This document shows, one piece after another, positions 14,001 to 30,100 of a stretch of 64,000 nucleotides of DNA (the first letter of the stretch is position 1; every line of letters begins with the position of its first letter). Under the pieces are notes generated by a model. It was not told the origin of the DNA and ran no database searches. It saw only the letters and a list, made by a program, of their open reading frames with translations. The position numbers were made by a program, and so were the translations under genes. This DNA comes from the human T2T-CHM13v2.0 reference genome, Homo sapiens, in NCBI RefSeq assembly GCF_009914755.1, contig NC_060925.1; one strand, written 5' to 3'.

Positions 14001-15199
14001 ATCATCGAATGGAAATGAAAGGAGTCATCATCTAATGGAATTGCATGGAATCATCATAAAATGGAATCGAATGGAATCAACATCAAATGGAATCAAATGG
14101 AATCATTGAACGGAATTGAATGGAATCGTCGTCGAATGAATTGACTGCAATCATCGAATGGTCTCGAATGGAATCATCTTCAAATGGAATGGAATGGAAT
14201 CATCGCATAGAATCGAATGGAATTATCATCGAATGGAATCGAATGGAATCAACATCAAACGGAAAAAAACGGAATTATCGAATGGAATCGAAGAGAATCA
14301 TCGAATGGACCCGAATGGAATCATCTAATGGAATGGAATGGAATAATCCATGGACTCGAATGCAATCATCATCGAATGGAATCGAATGGAATCATCGAAT
14401 GGACTCGAATGGAATAATCATTGAACGGAATCGAATGGAATCATCATCGGATGGAAATGAATGGAATCATCATCGAATGGAATCGAATAGAATTATGGAA
14501 TGAAATCCAGTGTGATCATCATCGAATGGACCCGAATGGAATCATCATCCAACGGAAGCTAATGGAATCAACATCGAATGAATCGAATGGAAACACCATC
14601 GAATTGAAACGAATGGAATTATCATGAAATTGAAATGGATGGACTCATCATCGAATGGATTCGAATGGAATCATCGAATAAAATTGATTGAAATCATCAT
14701 CCAATGGAATCGAATGGTATCATTGAATGGAATCGAATGGAATCATCATCAGATGGAAATGAATGGAATCGTCATAGAATGGAATCGAATGGATTCATTG
14801 AATGGAATCAGATGGAATCATCGAATGGACTGGAATGGAATCATTGAATGGACTCGAAAGGGATCATTATTGAATGGAATTGAATGGAATCATCGAATGG
14901 TCTCGATTGGAATCATTATCAAATGGAATCGAATGGAATCACCGAATAGAATCGAATGGAACAATCATCGAATGGACTCAAATGGAATTATCCTCCAATG
15001 GAATCGAATGGAATTATCGAATGCAATCGAATGGAATTATCGAATGCAATCGAATAGAATCATCGAATGGACTCGAATGGAATCATCGAATGGAATGGAA
15101 TGGAACAGTCAATGAACTCGAATGGAATCATCATTGAATGGAATCGAATGGAATCATCGAGTGGAATCGAATGGAATTATGATCAAATGGAATCGAATG

Positions 15200-18100
15200 T
15201 AATCATCATCAAATGGAATCAAAAATAACCATCATCAATTGGTATTGAATGGAATTGTCATCAAATGGAATTCAAAGGAATCATCATCAAATGGAACCGA
15301 ATGGAATCCTCATTGAATGGAAATGAAAGGGGTCATCATCTAATGGAATCGCATGGAATCATCATCAAATGGAATCAAATGGAATCATCATCAAATGGAA
15401 TCTAATGGAATCATTGAACAGAATTGAATGGAATCGTCATCGAATGAATTGAATGCAATCATCGAATGGTCTCGAATGGAATCATCTTCTAATGGAAAGG
15501 AATGGAATCATCGCATAGAATCGAATGGAATTATCATCGAATGGAATCGAATGGTATCAACACCAAACGGAAAAAAACGGAATTATCGAATGGAATCGAA
15601 GAGAATCTTCGAACGGACCCGAATGGAATCATCTAATGGAATGGAATGGAATAATCCATGGACTCGAATGCAATCATCATCGAATGGAATGGAATGGAAT
15701 CATCGAATGGACTCGAATGGAATAATCATTGAACGGAATCGAATGGAATCATCATCGGATGGAAACGAATGGAATCATCATCGAATGGAAATGAAAGGAG
15801 TCATCATCTAATGGAATTGCATGGAATCATCATAAAATGGAATCGAATGGAATCAACATCAAATGGAATCAAATGGAATCATTGAACGGAATTGAATGGA
15901 ATCGTCATCGAATGAATTGACTGCAATCATCGAATGGTCTCGAATGGAATCATCTTCAAATGGAATGGAATGGAATCATCGCATAGAATCGAATGGAATT
16001 ATCATCGAATGGAATCGAATGGAATCAACATCAAACGGAAAAAAACGGAATTATCGAATGGAATCGAAGAGAATCATCGAATGGACCCGAATGGAATCAT
16101 CTAATGGAATGGAATGGAATAATCCATGGACTCGAATGCAATCATCATCGAATGGAATCGAATGGAATCATCGAATGGACTCGAATGGAATAATCATTGA
16201 ACGGAATCGAATGGAATCATCATCGGATGGAAATGAATGGAATCATCATCGAATGGAATTGAATAGAATTATGGAATGAAATCCAGTGTGATCATCATCG
16301 AATGGACCCGAATGGAATCATCATCCAACGGAAGCTAATGGAATCAACATCGAATGAATCGAATGGAAACACCATCGAATTGAAACGAATGGAATTATCA
16401 TGAAATTGAAATGGATGGACTCATCATCGAATGGATTCGAATGGAATCATCGAATAAAATTGATTGAAATCATCATCGAATGGAATCGAATGGTGTCATT
16501 GAATGGAATCGAATGGAATCATCATCAGATGGAAATGAATGGAATCGTCATAGAATGGAATCGAATGGATTCATTGAATGGAATCAGATGGAATCATCGA
16601 ATGGACTGGAATGGAATCATTGAATGGACTCGAAAGGGATCATGATTGAATGGAATTGAATGGAATCATCGAATGGTCTCGATTGGAATCATTATCAAAT
16701 GGAATCGAATGGAATCACCGAATAGAATCGAATGGAACAATCATCCAATGGACTCAAATGGAATTATCCTCAAATGGAATCGAATGGAATTATCGAATGC
16801 AATCGAATGGAATTATCGAATGCAATCGAATAGAATCATCAAAAGGACTCGAATGGAATCATCGAATGGAATGGAATGGAACAGTCAATGAACTCGAATG
16901 GAATCATCATTGAATGGAATCGAATGGAATCATCGAGTGGAATCGAATGGCATTATGATCAAATGGAATCGAATGTAATCATCATCAAATGGGATCAAAA
17001 ATAACCATCATCAATTGGTATTGAATGGAATTGTCATCAAATGGAATTCAAAGGAATCATCATCAAATGGAACCGAATGGAATCCTCATTGAATGGAAAT
17101 GAAAGGGGTCATCATCTAATGGAATCGCATGGAATCATCATCAAATGGAATCGAATGGAATCATCATCAAATGGAATCTAATGGAATCATTGAACAGAAT
17201 TGAATGGAATCGTCATCGAATGAATTGAATGCAATCATCGAATGGTCTCGAATGGAATCATCTTCTAATGGAAAGGAATGGAATCATCGCATAGAATCGA
17301 ATGGAATTATCATCGAATGGAATCGAATGGTATCAACACCAAACGGAAAAAAACGGAATTATCGAATGGAATCGAAGAGAATCTTCGAACGGACCCGAAT
17401 GGAATCATCTAATGGAATGGAATGGAATAATCCATGGACTCGAATGCAATCATCATCGAATGGAATGGAATGGAATCATCGAATGGACTCGAATGGAATA
17501 ATCATTGAACGGAATCAAATGGAATCATCATCGGATGGAAACGAATGGAATCATCATCGAATGGAAATGAAAGGAGTCATCATCTAATGGAATTGCATGG
17601 AATCATCATAAAATGGAATCGAATGGAATCAACATCAAATGGAATCAAATGGAATCATTGAACGGAATTGAATGGAATCGTCATCGAATGAATTGACTGC
17701 AATCATCGAATGGTCTCGAATGGAATCATCTTCAAATGGAATGGAATGGAATCATCGCATAGAGTCGAATGGAATTATCATCGAATGGAATCGAATGGAA
17801 TCAACATCAAACGGAAAAAAACGGAATTATCGAATGGAATCGAAGAGAATCATCGAATGGACCCGAATGGAATCATCTAATGGAATGGAATGGAATAATC
17901 CATGGACTCGAATGCAATCATCATCGAATGGAATCGAATGGAATCATCGAATGGACTCGAATGGAATAATCATTGAACGGAATCGAATGGAATCATCATC
18001 GGATGGAAATGAATGGAATCATCATCGAATGGAATCGAATAGAATTATGGAATGAAATCCAGTGTGATCATCATCGAATGGACCCGAATGGAATCATCAT

Positions 18101-21100
18101 CCAACGGAAGCTAATGGAATCAACATCGAATGAATCGAATGGAAACACCATCGAATTGAAACGAATGGAATTATCATGAAATTGAAATGGATGGACTCAT
18201 CATCGAATGGATTCGAATGGAATCATCGAATAAAATTGATTGAAATCATCATCGAATGGAATCGAATGGTGTCATTGAATGGAATCGAATGGAATCATCA
18301 TCAGATGGAAATGAATGGAATCGTCATAGAATGGAATCGAATGGATTCATTGAATGGAATCAGATGGAATCATCGAATGGACTGGAATGGAATCATTGAA
18401 TGGACTCGAAAGGGATCATGATTGAATGGAATTGAATGGAATCATCGAATGGTCTCGATTGGAATCATTATCAAATGGAATCGAATGGAATCACCGAATA
18501 GAATCGAATGGAACAATCATCGAATGGACTCAAATGGAATTATCCTCAAATGGAATCGAATGGAATTATCGAATGCAATCGAATGGAATTATCGAATGCA
18601 ATCGAATAGAATCATCAAAAGGACTCGAATGGAATCATCGAATGGAATGGAATGGAACAGTCAATGAACTCGAATGGAATCATCATTGAATGGAATCGAA
18701 TGGAATCATCGAGTGGAATCGAATGGCATTATGATCAAATGGAATCGAATGTAATCATCATCAAATGGGATCAAAAATAACCATCATCAATTGGTATTGA
18801 ATGGAATTGTCATCAAATGGAATTCAAAGGAATCATCATCAAATGGAACCGAATGGAATCCTCATTGAATGGAAATGAAAGGGGTCATCATCTAATGGAA
18901 TCGCATGGAATCATCATCAAATGGAATCGAATGGAATCATCATCAAATGGAATCTAATGGAATCATTGAACAGAATTGAATGGAATCGTCATCGAATGAA
19001 TTGAATGCAATCATCGAATGGTCTCGAATGGAATCATCTTCTAATGGAAAGGAATGGAATCATCGCATAGAATCGAATGGAATTATCATCGAATGGAATC
19101 GAATGGTATCAACACCAAACGGAAAAAAACGGAATTATCGAATGGAATCGAAGAGAATCTTCGAACGGACCCGAATGGAATCATCTAATGGAATGGAATG
19201 GAATAATCCATGGACTCGAATGCAATCATCATCGAATGGAATGGAATGGAATCATCGAATGGACTCGAATGGAATAATCATTGAACGGAATCAAATGGAA
19301 TCATCATCGGATGGAAACGAATGGAATCATCATCGAATGGAAATGAAAGGAGTCATCATCTAATGGAATTGCATGGAATCATCATAAAATGGAATCGAAT
19401 GGAATCAACATCAAATGGAATCAAATGGAATCATTGAACGGAATTGAATGGAATCGTCATCGAATGAATTGACTGCAATCATCGAATGTTCTCGAATGGA
19501 ATCATCTTCAAATGGAATGGAATGGAATCATCGCATAGAATCGAATGGAATTATCATCGAATGGAATCGAATGGAATCAACATCAAACGGAAAAAAACGG
19601 AATTATCGTATGGAATCGAAGAGAATCATCGAATGGACCCGAATGGAATCATCTAATGGAATGGAATGGAATAATCCATGGACTCGAATGCAATCATCAT
19701 CGAATGAAATCGAATGGAATCATCGAATGGACTCGAATGGAATAATCATTGAACGGAATCGAATGGAATCATCATCGGATGGAAATGAATGGAATCATCA
19801 TCGAATGGAATCGAATAGAATTATGGAATGAAATCCAGTGTGATCATCATCGAATGGACCCGAATGGAATCATCATCCAACGGAAGCTAATGGAATCAAC
19901 ATCGAATGAATCGAATGGAAACACCATCGAATTGAAACGAATGGAATTATCATGAAATTGAAATGGATGGACTCATCATCGAATGGATTCGAATGGAATC
20001 ATCGAATAAAATTGATTGAAATCATCATCAAATGGAATCGAATGGTGTCATTGAATGGAATCGAATGGAATCATCATCAGATGGAAATGAATGGAATCGT
20101 CATAGAATGGAATCGAATGGATTCATTGAATGGAATCAGATGGAATCATCGAATGGACTGGAATGGAATCATTGAATGGACTCGAAAGGGATCATGATTG
20201 AATGGAATTGAATGGAAACATCGAATGGTCTCGATTGGAATCATTACCAAATGGAATCGAATGGAATCACCGAATAGAATCGAATGGAACAATCATCGAA
20301 TGGACTCAAATGGAATTATCCTCCAATGGAATCGAATGGAATTATCGAATGCAATCGAATGGAATTATCGAATGCAATCGAATAGAATCATCGAATGGAC
20401 TCGAATGGAATCATCGAATGGAATGGAATGGAACAGTCAATGAACTCGAATGGAATCATCATTGAATGGAATCGAATGCAATCATCGAGTGGAATCGAAT
20501 GGAATTATGATCAAATGGAATCGAATGTAATCATCATCAAATGGAATCAAAAATAACCATCATCAATTGGTATTGAATGGAATTGTCATCAAATGGAATT
20601 CAAAGGAATCATCATCAAATGGAACCGAATGGAATCCTCATTGAATGGAAATGAAAGGGGTCATCATCTAATGGAATCGCATGGAATCATCATCAAATGG
20701 AATCGAATGGAATCATCATCAAATGGAATCTAATGGAATCATTGAACAGAATTGAATGGAATCGTCATCGAATGAATTGAATGCAATCATCGAATGGTCT
20801 CGAATGGAATCATCTTCTAATGGAAAGGAATGGAATCATCGCATAGAATCGAATGGAATTATCATCGAATGGAATCGAATGGTATCAACACCAAACGGAA
20901 AAAAACGGAATTATCGAATGGAATCGAAGAGAATCTTCGAACGGACCCGAATGGAATCATCTAATGGAATGGAATGGAATAATCCATGGACTCGAATGCA
21001 ATCATCATCGAATGGAATCGAATGGAATCATCGAATGGACTCGAATGGAATAATCATTGAACAGAATCGAATGGAATCATCATCGGATGGAAATGAATGG

Positions 21101-24100
21101 AATCATCATCGAATGGAAATGAAAGGAGTCATCATCTAATGGAATTGCATGGAATCATCATAAAATGGAATCGAATGGAATCAACATCAAATGGAATCAA
21201 ATGGAATCATTGAACGGAATTGAATGGAATCGTCATCGAATGAATTGACTGCAATCATCGAATGGTCTCGAATGGAATCATCTTCAAATGGAATGGAATG
21301 GAATCATCGCATAGAATCGAATGGAATTATCATCGAATGGAATCGAATGGAATCAACATCAAACGAAAAAAACGGAATTATCGAATGGAATCGAAGAGAA
21401 TCATCGAATGGACCCGAATGGAATCATCTAATGGAATGGAATGGAATAATCCATGGACTCGAATGCAATCATCATCGAATGGAATCGAATGGAATCATCG
21501 AATGGACTCGAATGGAATAATCATTGAACGGAATCGAATGGAATCATCATCGGATGGAAATGAATGGAATCATCATCGAATGGAATCGAATAGAATTATG
21601 GAATGAAATCCAGTGTGATCATCATCGAATGGACCCGAATGGAATCATCATCCAACGGAAGCTAATGGAATCAACATCGAATGAATCGAATGGAAACACC
21701 ATCGAATTGAAACGAATGGAATTATCATGAAATTGAAATGGATGGACTCATCATCGAATGGATTCGAATGGAATCATCGAATAAAATTGATTGAAATCAT
21801 CATCCAATGGAATCGAATGGTATCATTGAATGGAATCGAATGGAATCATCATCAGATGGAAATGAATGGAATCGTCATAGAATGGAATCGAATGGATTCA
21901 TTGAATGGAATCAGATGGAATCATCGAATGGACTGGAATGGAATCATTGAATGGACTCGAAAGGGATCATTATTGAATGGAATTGAATGGAATCATCGAA
22001 TGGTCTCGATTGGAATCATTATCAAATGGAATCGAATGGAATCACCGAATAGAATCGAATGGAACAATCATCGAATGGACTCAAATGGAATTATCCTCCA
22101 ATGGAATCGAATGGAATTATCGAATGCAATCGAATGGAATTATCGAATGCAATCGAATAGAATCATCGAATGGACTCGAATGGAATCATCGAATGGAATG
22201 GAATGGAACAGTCAATGAACTCGAATGGAATCATCATTGAATGGAATCGAATGGAATCATCGAGTGGAATCGAATGGAATTATGATCAAATGGAATCGAA
22301 TGTAATCATCATCAAATGGAATCAAAAATAACCATCATCAATTGGTATTGAATGGAATTGTCATCAAATGGAATTCAAAGGAATCATCATCAAATGGAAC
22401 CGAATGGAATCCTCATTGAATGGAAATGAAAGGGGTCATCATCTAATGGAATCGCATGGAATCATCATCAAATGGAATCGAATGGAATCATCATCAAATG
22501 GAATCTAATGGAATCATTGAACAGAATTGAATGGAATCGTCATCGAATGAATTGAATGCAATCATCGAATGGTCTCGAATGGAATCATCTTCTAATGGAA
22601 AGGAATGGAATCATCGCATAAAATCGAATGGAATTATCATCGAATGGAATCGAATGGTATCAACACCAAACGGAAAAAAACGGAATTATCGAATGGAATC
22701 GAAGAGAATCTTCGAACGGACCCGAATGGAATCATCTAATGGAATGGAATGGAATAATCCATGGACTCGAATGCAATCATCATCGAATGGAATGGAATGG
22801 AATCATCGAATGGACTCGAATGGAATAATCATTGAACGGAATCGAATGGAATCATCATCGGATGGAAACGAATGGAATCATCATCGAATGGAAATGAAAG
22901 GAGTCATCATCTAATGGAATTGCATGGAATCATCATAAAATGGAATCGAATGGAATCAACATCAAATGGAATCAAATGGAATCATTGAACGGAATTGAAT
23001 GGAATCGTCATCGAATGAATTGACTGCAATCATCGAATGGTCTCGAATGGAATCATCTTCAAATGGAATGGAATGGAATCATCGCATAGAATCGAATGGA
23101 ATTATCATCGAATGGAATCGAATGGAATCAACATCAAACGGAAAAAAACGGAATTATCGAATGGAATCGAAGAGAATCATCGAATGGACCCGAATGGAAT
23201 CATCTAATGGAATGGAATGGAATAATCCATGGACTCGAATGCAATCATCATCGAATGGAATCGAATGGAATCATCGAATGGACTCGAATGGAATAATCAT
23301 TGAACGGAATCGAATGGAATCATCATCGGATGGAAATGAATGGAATCATCATCGAATGGAATCGAATAGAATTATGGAATGAAATCCAGTGTGATCATCA
23401 TCGAATGGACCCGAATGGAATCATCATCCAACGGAAGCTAATGGAATCAACATCGAATGAATCGAATGGAAACACAATCGAACTGAAACGAATGGAATTA
23501 TCATGAAATTGAAATGGATGGACTCATCATCGAATGGATTCGAATGGAATCATCGAATAAAATTGATTGAAATCATCATCCAATGGAATCGAATGGTATC
23601 ATTGAATGGAATCGAATGGAATCATCATCAGATGGAAATGAATGGAATCGTCATAGAATGGAATCGAATGGATTCATTGAATGGAATCAGATGGAATCAT
23701 CGAATGGACTGGAATGGAATCATTGAATGGACTCGAAAGGGATCATGATTGAATGGAATTGAATGGAATCATCGAATGGTCTCGATTGGAATCATTATCA
23801 AATGGAATCGAATGGAATCACCGAATAGAATCGAATGGAACAATCATCGAATGGACTCAAATGGAATTATCCTCCAATGGAATCGAATAGAATTATCGAA
23901 TGCAATCGAATGGAATTATCGAATGCAATCGAATAGAATCATCGAATGGACTCGAATGGAATCATCGAATGGAATGGAATGGAACAGTCAATGAACTCGA
24001 ATGGAATCATCATTGAATGGAATCGAATGGAATCATCGAGTGGAATCGAATGGAATTATGATCAAATGGAATCGAATGTAATCATCATCAAATGGAATCA

Positions 24101-27100
24101 AAAATAACCATCATCAATTGGTATTGAATGGAATTGTCATCAAATGGAATTCAAAGGAATCATCATCAAATGGAACCGAATGGAATCCTCATTGAATGGA
24201 AATGAAAGGGGTCATCATCTAATGGAATCGCATGGAATCATCATCAAATGGAATCAAATGGAATCATCATCAAATGGAATCTAATGGAATCATTGAACAG
24301 AATTGAATGGAATCGTCATCGAATGAATTGAATGCAATCATCGAATGGTCTCGAATGGAATCATCTTCTAATGGAAAGGAATGGAATCATCGCATAGAAT
24401 CGAATGGAATTATCATCGAATGGAATCGAATGGTATCAACACCAAACGGAAAAAAACGGAATTATCGAATGGAATCGAAGAGAATCTTCGAACGGACCCG
24501 AATGGAATCATCTAATGGAATGGAATGGAATAATCCATGGACTCGAATGCAATCATCATCGAATGGAATGGAATGGAATCATCGAATGGACTCGAATGGA
24601 ATAATCATTGAACGGAATCGAATGGAATCATCATCGGATGGAAACGAATGGAATCATCATCGAATGGAAATGAAAGGAGTCATCATCTAATGGAATTGCA
24701 TGGAATCATCATAAAATGGAATCGAATGGAATCAACATCAAATGGAATCAAATGGAATCATTGAATGGAATTGAATGGAATCGTCATCGAATGAATTGAC
24801 TGCAATCATCGAATGGTCTCGAATGGAATCATCTTCAAATGGAATGGAATGGAATCATCGCATAGAATCGAATGGAATTATCATCGAATGGAATCGAATG
24901 GAATCAACATCAAACGGAAAAAAACGGAATTATCGAATGGAATCGAAGAGAATCATCGAATGGACCCGAATGGAATCATCTAATGGAATGGAATGGAATA
25001 ATCCATGGACTCGAATGCAATCATCATCGAATGGAATCGAATGGAATCATCGAATGGACTCGAATGGAATAATCATTGAACGGAATCGAATGGAATCATC
25101 ATCGGATGGAAATGAATGGAATCATCATCGAATGGAATTGAATAGAATTATGGAATGAAATCCAGTGTGATCATCATCGAATGGACCCGAATGGAATCAT
25201 CATCCAACGGAAGCTAATGGAATCAACATCGAATGAATCGAATGGAAACACCATCGAATTGAAACGAATGGAATTATCATGAAATTGAAATGGATGGACT
25301 CATCATCGAATGGATTCGAATGGAATCATCGAATAAAATTGATTGAAATCATCATCGAATGGAATCGAATGGTGTCATTGAATGGAATCGAATGGAATCA
25401 TCATCAGATGGAAATGAATGGAATCGTCATAGAATGGAATCGAATGGATTCATTGAATGGAATCAGATGGAATCATCGAATGGACTGGAATGGAATCATT
25501 GAATGGACTCGAAAGGGATCATGATTGAATGGAATTGAATGGAATCATCGAATGGTCTCGATTGGAATCATTATCAAATGGAATCGAATGGAATCACCGA
25601 ATAGAATCGAATGGAACAATCATCGAATGGACTCAAATGGAATTATCCTCAAATGGAATCGAATGGAATTATCGAATGCAATCGAATGGAATTATCGAAT
25701 GCAATCGAATAGAATCATCAAAAGGACTCGAATGGAATCATCGAATGGAATGGAATGGAACAGTCAATGAACTCGAATGGAATCATCATTGAATGGAATC
25801 GAATGGAATCATCGAGTGGAATCGAATGGCATTATGATCAAATGGAATCGAATGTAATCATCATCAAATGGGATCAAAAATAACCATCATCAATTGGTAT
25901 TGAATGGAATTGTCATCAAATGGAATTCAAAGGAATCATCATCAAATGGAACCGAATGGAATCCTCATTGAATGGAAATGAAAGGGGTCATCATCTAATG
26001 GAATCGCATGGAATCATCATCAAATGGAATCGAATGGAATCATCATCAAATGGAATCTAATGGAATCATTGAACAGAATTGAATGGAATCGTCATCGAAT
26101 GAATTGAATGCAATCATCGAATGGTCTCGAATGGAATCATCTTCTAATGGAAAGGAATGGAATCATCGCATAGAATCGAATGGAATTATCATCGAATGGA
26201 ATCGAATGGTATCAACACCAAACGGAAAAAAACGGAATTATCGAATGGAATCGAAGAGAATCTTCGAACGGACCCGAATGGAATCATCTAATGGAATGGA
26301 ATGGAATAATCCATGGACTCGAATGCAATCATCATCGAATGGAATGGAATGGAATCATCGAATGGACTCGAATGGAATAATCATTGAACGGAATCAAATG
26401 GAATCATCATCGGATGGAAACGAATGGAATCATCATCGAATGGAAATGAAAGGAGTCATCATCTAATGGAATTGCATGGAATCATCATAAAATGGAATCG
26501 AATGGAATCAACATCAAATGGAATCAAATGGAATCATTGAACGGAATTGAATGGAATCGTCATCGAATGAATTGACTGCAATCATCGAATGGTCTCGAAT
26601 GGAATCATCTTCAAATGGAATGGAATGGAATCATCGCATAGAATCGAATGGAATTATCATCGAATGGAATCGAATGGAATCAACATCAAACGGAAAAAAA
26701 CGGAATTATCGAATGGAATCGAAGAGAATCATCGAATGGACCCGAATGGAATCATCTAATGGAATGGAATGGAATAATCCATGGACTCGAATGCAATCAT
26801 CATCGAATGGAATCGAATGGAATCATCGAATGGACTCGAATGGAATAATCATTGAACGGAATCGAATGGAATCATCATCGGATGGAAATGAATGGAATCA
26901 TCATCGAATGGAATCGAATAGAATTATGGAATGAAATCCAGTGTGATCATCATCGAATGGACCCGAATGGAATCATCATCCAACGGAAGCTAATGGAATC
27001 AACATCGAATGAATCGAATGGAAACACCATCGAATTGAAACGAATGGAATTATCATGAAATTGAAATGGATGGACTCATCATCGAATGGATTCGAATGGA

Positions 27101-30100
27101 ATCATCGAATAAAATTGATTGAAATCATCATCGAATGGAATCGAATGGTGTCATTGAATGGAATCGAATGGAATCATCATCAGATGGAAATGAATGGAAT
27201 CGTCATAGAATGGAATCGAATGGATTCATTGAATGGAATCAGATGGAATCATCGAATGGACTGGAATGGAATCATTGAATGGACTCGAAAGGGATCATGA
27301 TTGAATGGAATTGAATGGAATCATCGAATAGTCTCGATTGGAATCATTATCAAATGGAATCGAATGGAATCACCGAATAGAATCGAATGGAACAATCATC
27401 GAATGGACTCAAATGGAATTATCCTCAAATGGAATCGAATGGAATTATCGAATGCAATCGAATGGAATTATCGAATGCAATCGAATAGAATCATCAAAAG
27501 GACTCGAATGGAATCATCGAATGGAATGGAATGGAACAGTCAATGAACTCGAATGGAATCATCATTGAATGGAATCGAATGGAATCATCGAGTGGAATCG
27601 AATGGCATTATGATCAAATGGAATCGAATGTAATCATCATCAAATGGGATCAAAAATAACCATCATCAATTGGTATTGAATGGAATTGTCATCAAATGGA
27701 ATTCAAAGGAATCATCATCAAATGGAACCGAATGGAATCCTCATTGAATGGAAATGAAAGGGGTCATCATCTAATGGAATCGCATGGAATCATCATCAAA
27801 TGGAATCGAATGGAATCATCATCAAATGGAATCTAATGGAATCATTGAACAGAATTGAATGGAATCGTCATCGAATGAATTGAATGCAATCATCGAATGG
27901 TCTCGAATGGAATCATCTTCTAATGGAAAGGAATGGAATCATCGCATAGAATCGAATGGAATTATCATCGAATGGAATCGAATGGTATCAACACCAAACG
28001 GAAAAAAACGGAATTATCGAATGGAATCGAAGAGAATCTTCGAACGGACCCGAATGGAATCATCTAATGGAATGGAATGGAATAATCCATGGACTCGAAT
28101 GCAATCATCATCGAATGGAATGGAATGGAATCATCGAATGGACTCGAATGGAATAATCATTGAACGGAATCAAATGGAATCATCATCGGATGGAAACGAA
28201 TGGAATCATCATCGAATGGAAATGAAAGGAGTCATCATCTAATGGAATTGCATGGAATCATCATAAAATGGAATCGAATGGAATCAACATCAAATGGAAT
28301 CAAATGGAATCATTGAACGGAATTGAATGGAATCGTCATCGAATGAATTGACTGCAATCATCGAATGTTCTCGAATGGAATCATCTTCAAATGGAATGGA
28401 ATGGAATCATCGCATAGAATCGAATGGAATTATCATCGAATGGAATCGAATGGAATCAACATCAAACGGAAAAAAACGGAATTATCGTATGGAATCGAAG
28501 AGAATCATCGAATGGACCCGAATGGAATCATCTAATGGAATGGAATGGAATAATCCATGGACTCGAATGCAATCATCATCGAATGGAATCGAATGGAATC
28601 ATCAAATGGACTCGAATGGAATAATCATTGAACGGAATCGAATGGAATCATCATCGGATGGAAATGAATGGAATCATCATCGAATGGAATCGAATAGAAT
28701 TATGGAATGAAATCCAGTGTGATCATCATCGAATGGACCCGAATGGAATCATCATCCAACGGAAGCTAATGGAATCAACATCGAATGAATCGAATGGAAA
28801 CACCATCGAATTGAAACGAATGGAATTATCATGAAATTGAAATGGATGGACTCATCATCGAATGGATTCGAATGGAATCATCGAATAAAATTGATTGAAA
28901 TCATCATCAAATGGAATCGAATGGTGTCATTGAATGGAATCGAATGGAATCATCATCAGATGGAAATGAATGGAATCGTCATAGAATGGAATCGAATGGA
29001 TTCATTGAATGGAATCAGATGGAATCATCGAATGGACTGGAATGGAATCATTGAATGGACTCGAAAGGGATCATGATTGAATGGAATTGAATGGAAACAT
29101 CGAATGGTCTCGATTGGAATCATTACCAAATGGAATCGAATGGAATCACCGAATAGAATCGAATGGAACAATCATCGAATGGACTCAAATGGAATTATCC
29201 TCCAATGGAATCGAATGGAATTATCGAATGCAATCGAATGGAATTATCGAATGCAATCGAATAGAATCATCGAATGGACTCGAATGGAATCATCGAATGG
29301 AATGGAATGGAACAGTCAATGAACTCGAATGGAATCATCATTGAATGGAATCGAATGGAATCATCGAGTGGAATCGAATGGAATTATGATCAAATGGAAT
29401 CGAATGTAATCATCATCAAATGGAATCAAAAATAACCATCATCAATTGGTATTGAATGGAATTGTCATCAAATGGAATTCAAAGGAATCATCATCAAATG
29501 GAACCGAATGGAATCCTCATTGAATGGAAATGAAAGGGGTCATCATCTAATGGAATCGCATGGAATCATCATCAAATGGAATCGAATGGAATCATCATCA
29601 AATGGAATCTAATGGAATCATTGAACAGAATTGAATGGAATCGTCATCGAATGAATTGAATGCAATCATCGAATGGTCTCGAATGGAATCATCTTCTAAT
29701 GGAAAGGAATGGAATCATCGCATAGAATCGAATGGAATTATCATCGAATGGAATCGAATGGTATCAACACCAAACGGAAAAAAACGGAATTATCGAATGG
29801 AATCGAAGAGAATCTTCGAACGGACCCGAATGGAATCATCTAATGGAATGGAATGGAATAATCCATGGACTCGAATGCAATCATCATCGAATGGAATCGA
29901 ATGGAATCATCGAATGGACTCGAATGGAATAATCATTGAACAGAATCGAATGGAATCATCATCGGATGGAAATGAATGGAATCATCATCGAATGGAAATG
30001 AAAGGAGTCATCATCTAATGGAATTGCATGGAATCATCATAAAATGGAATCGAATGGAATCAACATCAAATGGAATCAAATGGAATCATTGAACGGAATT

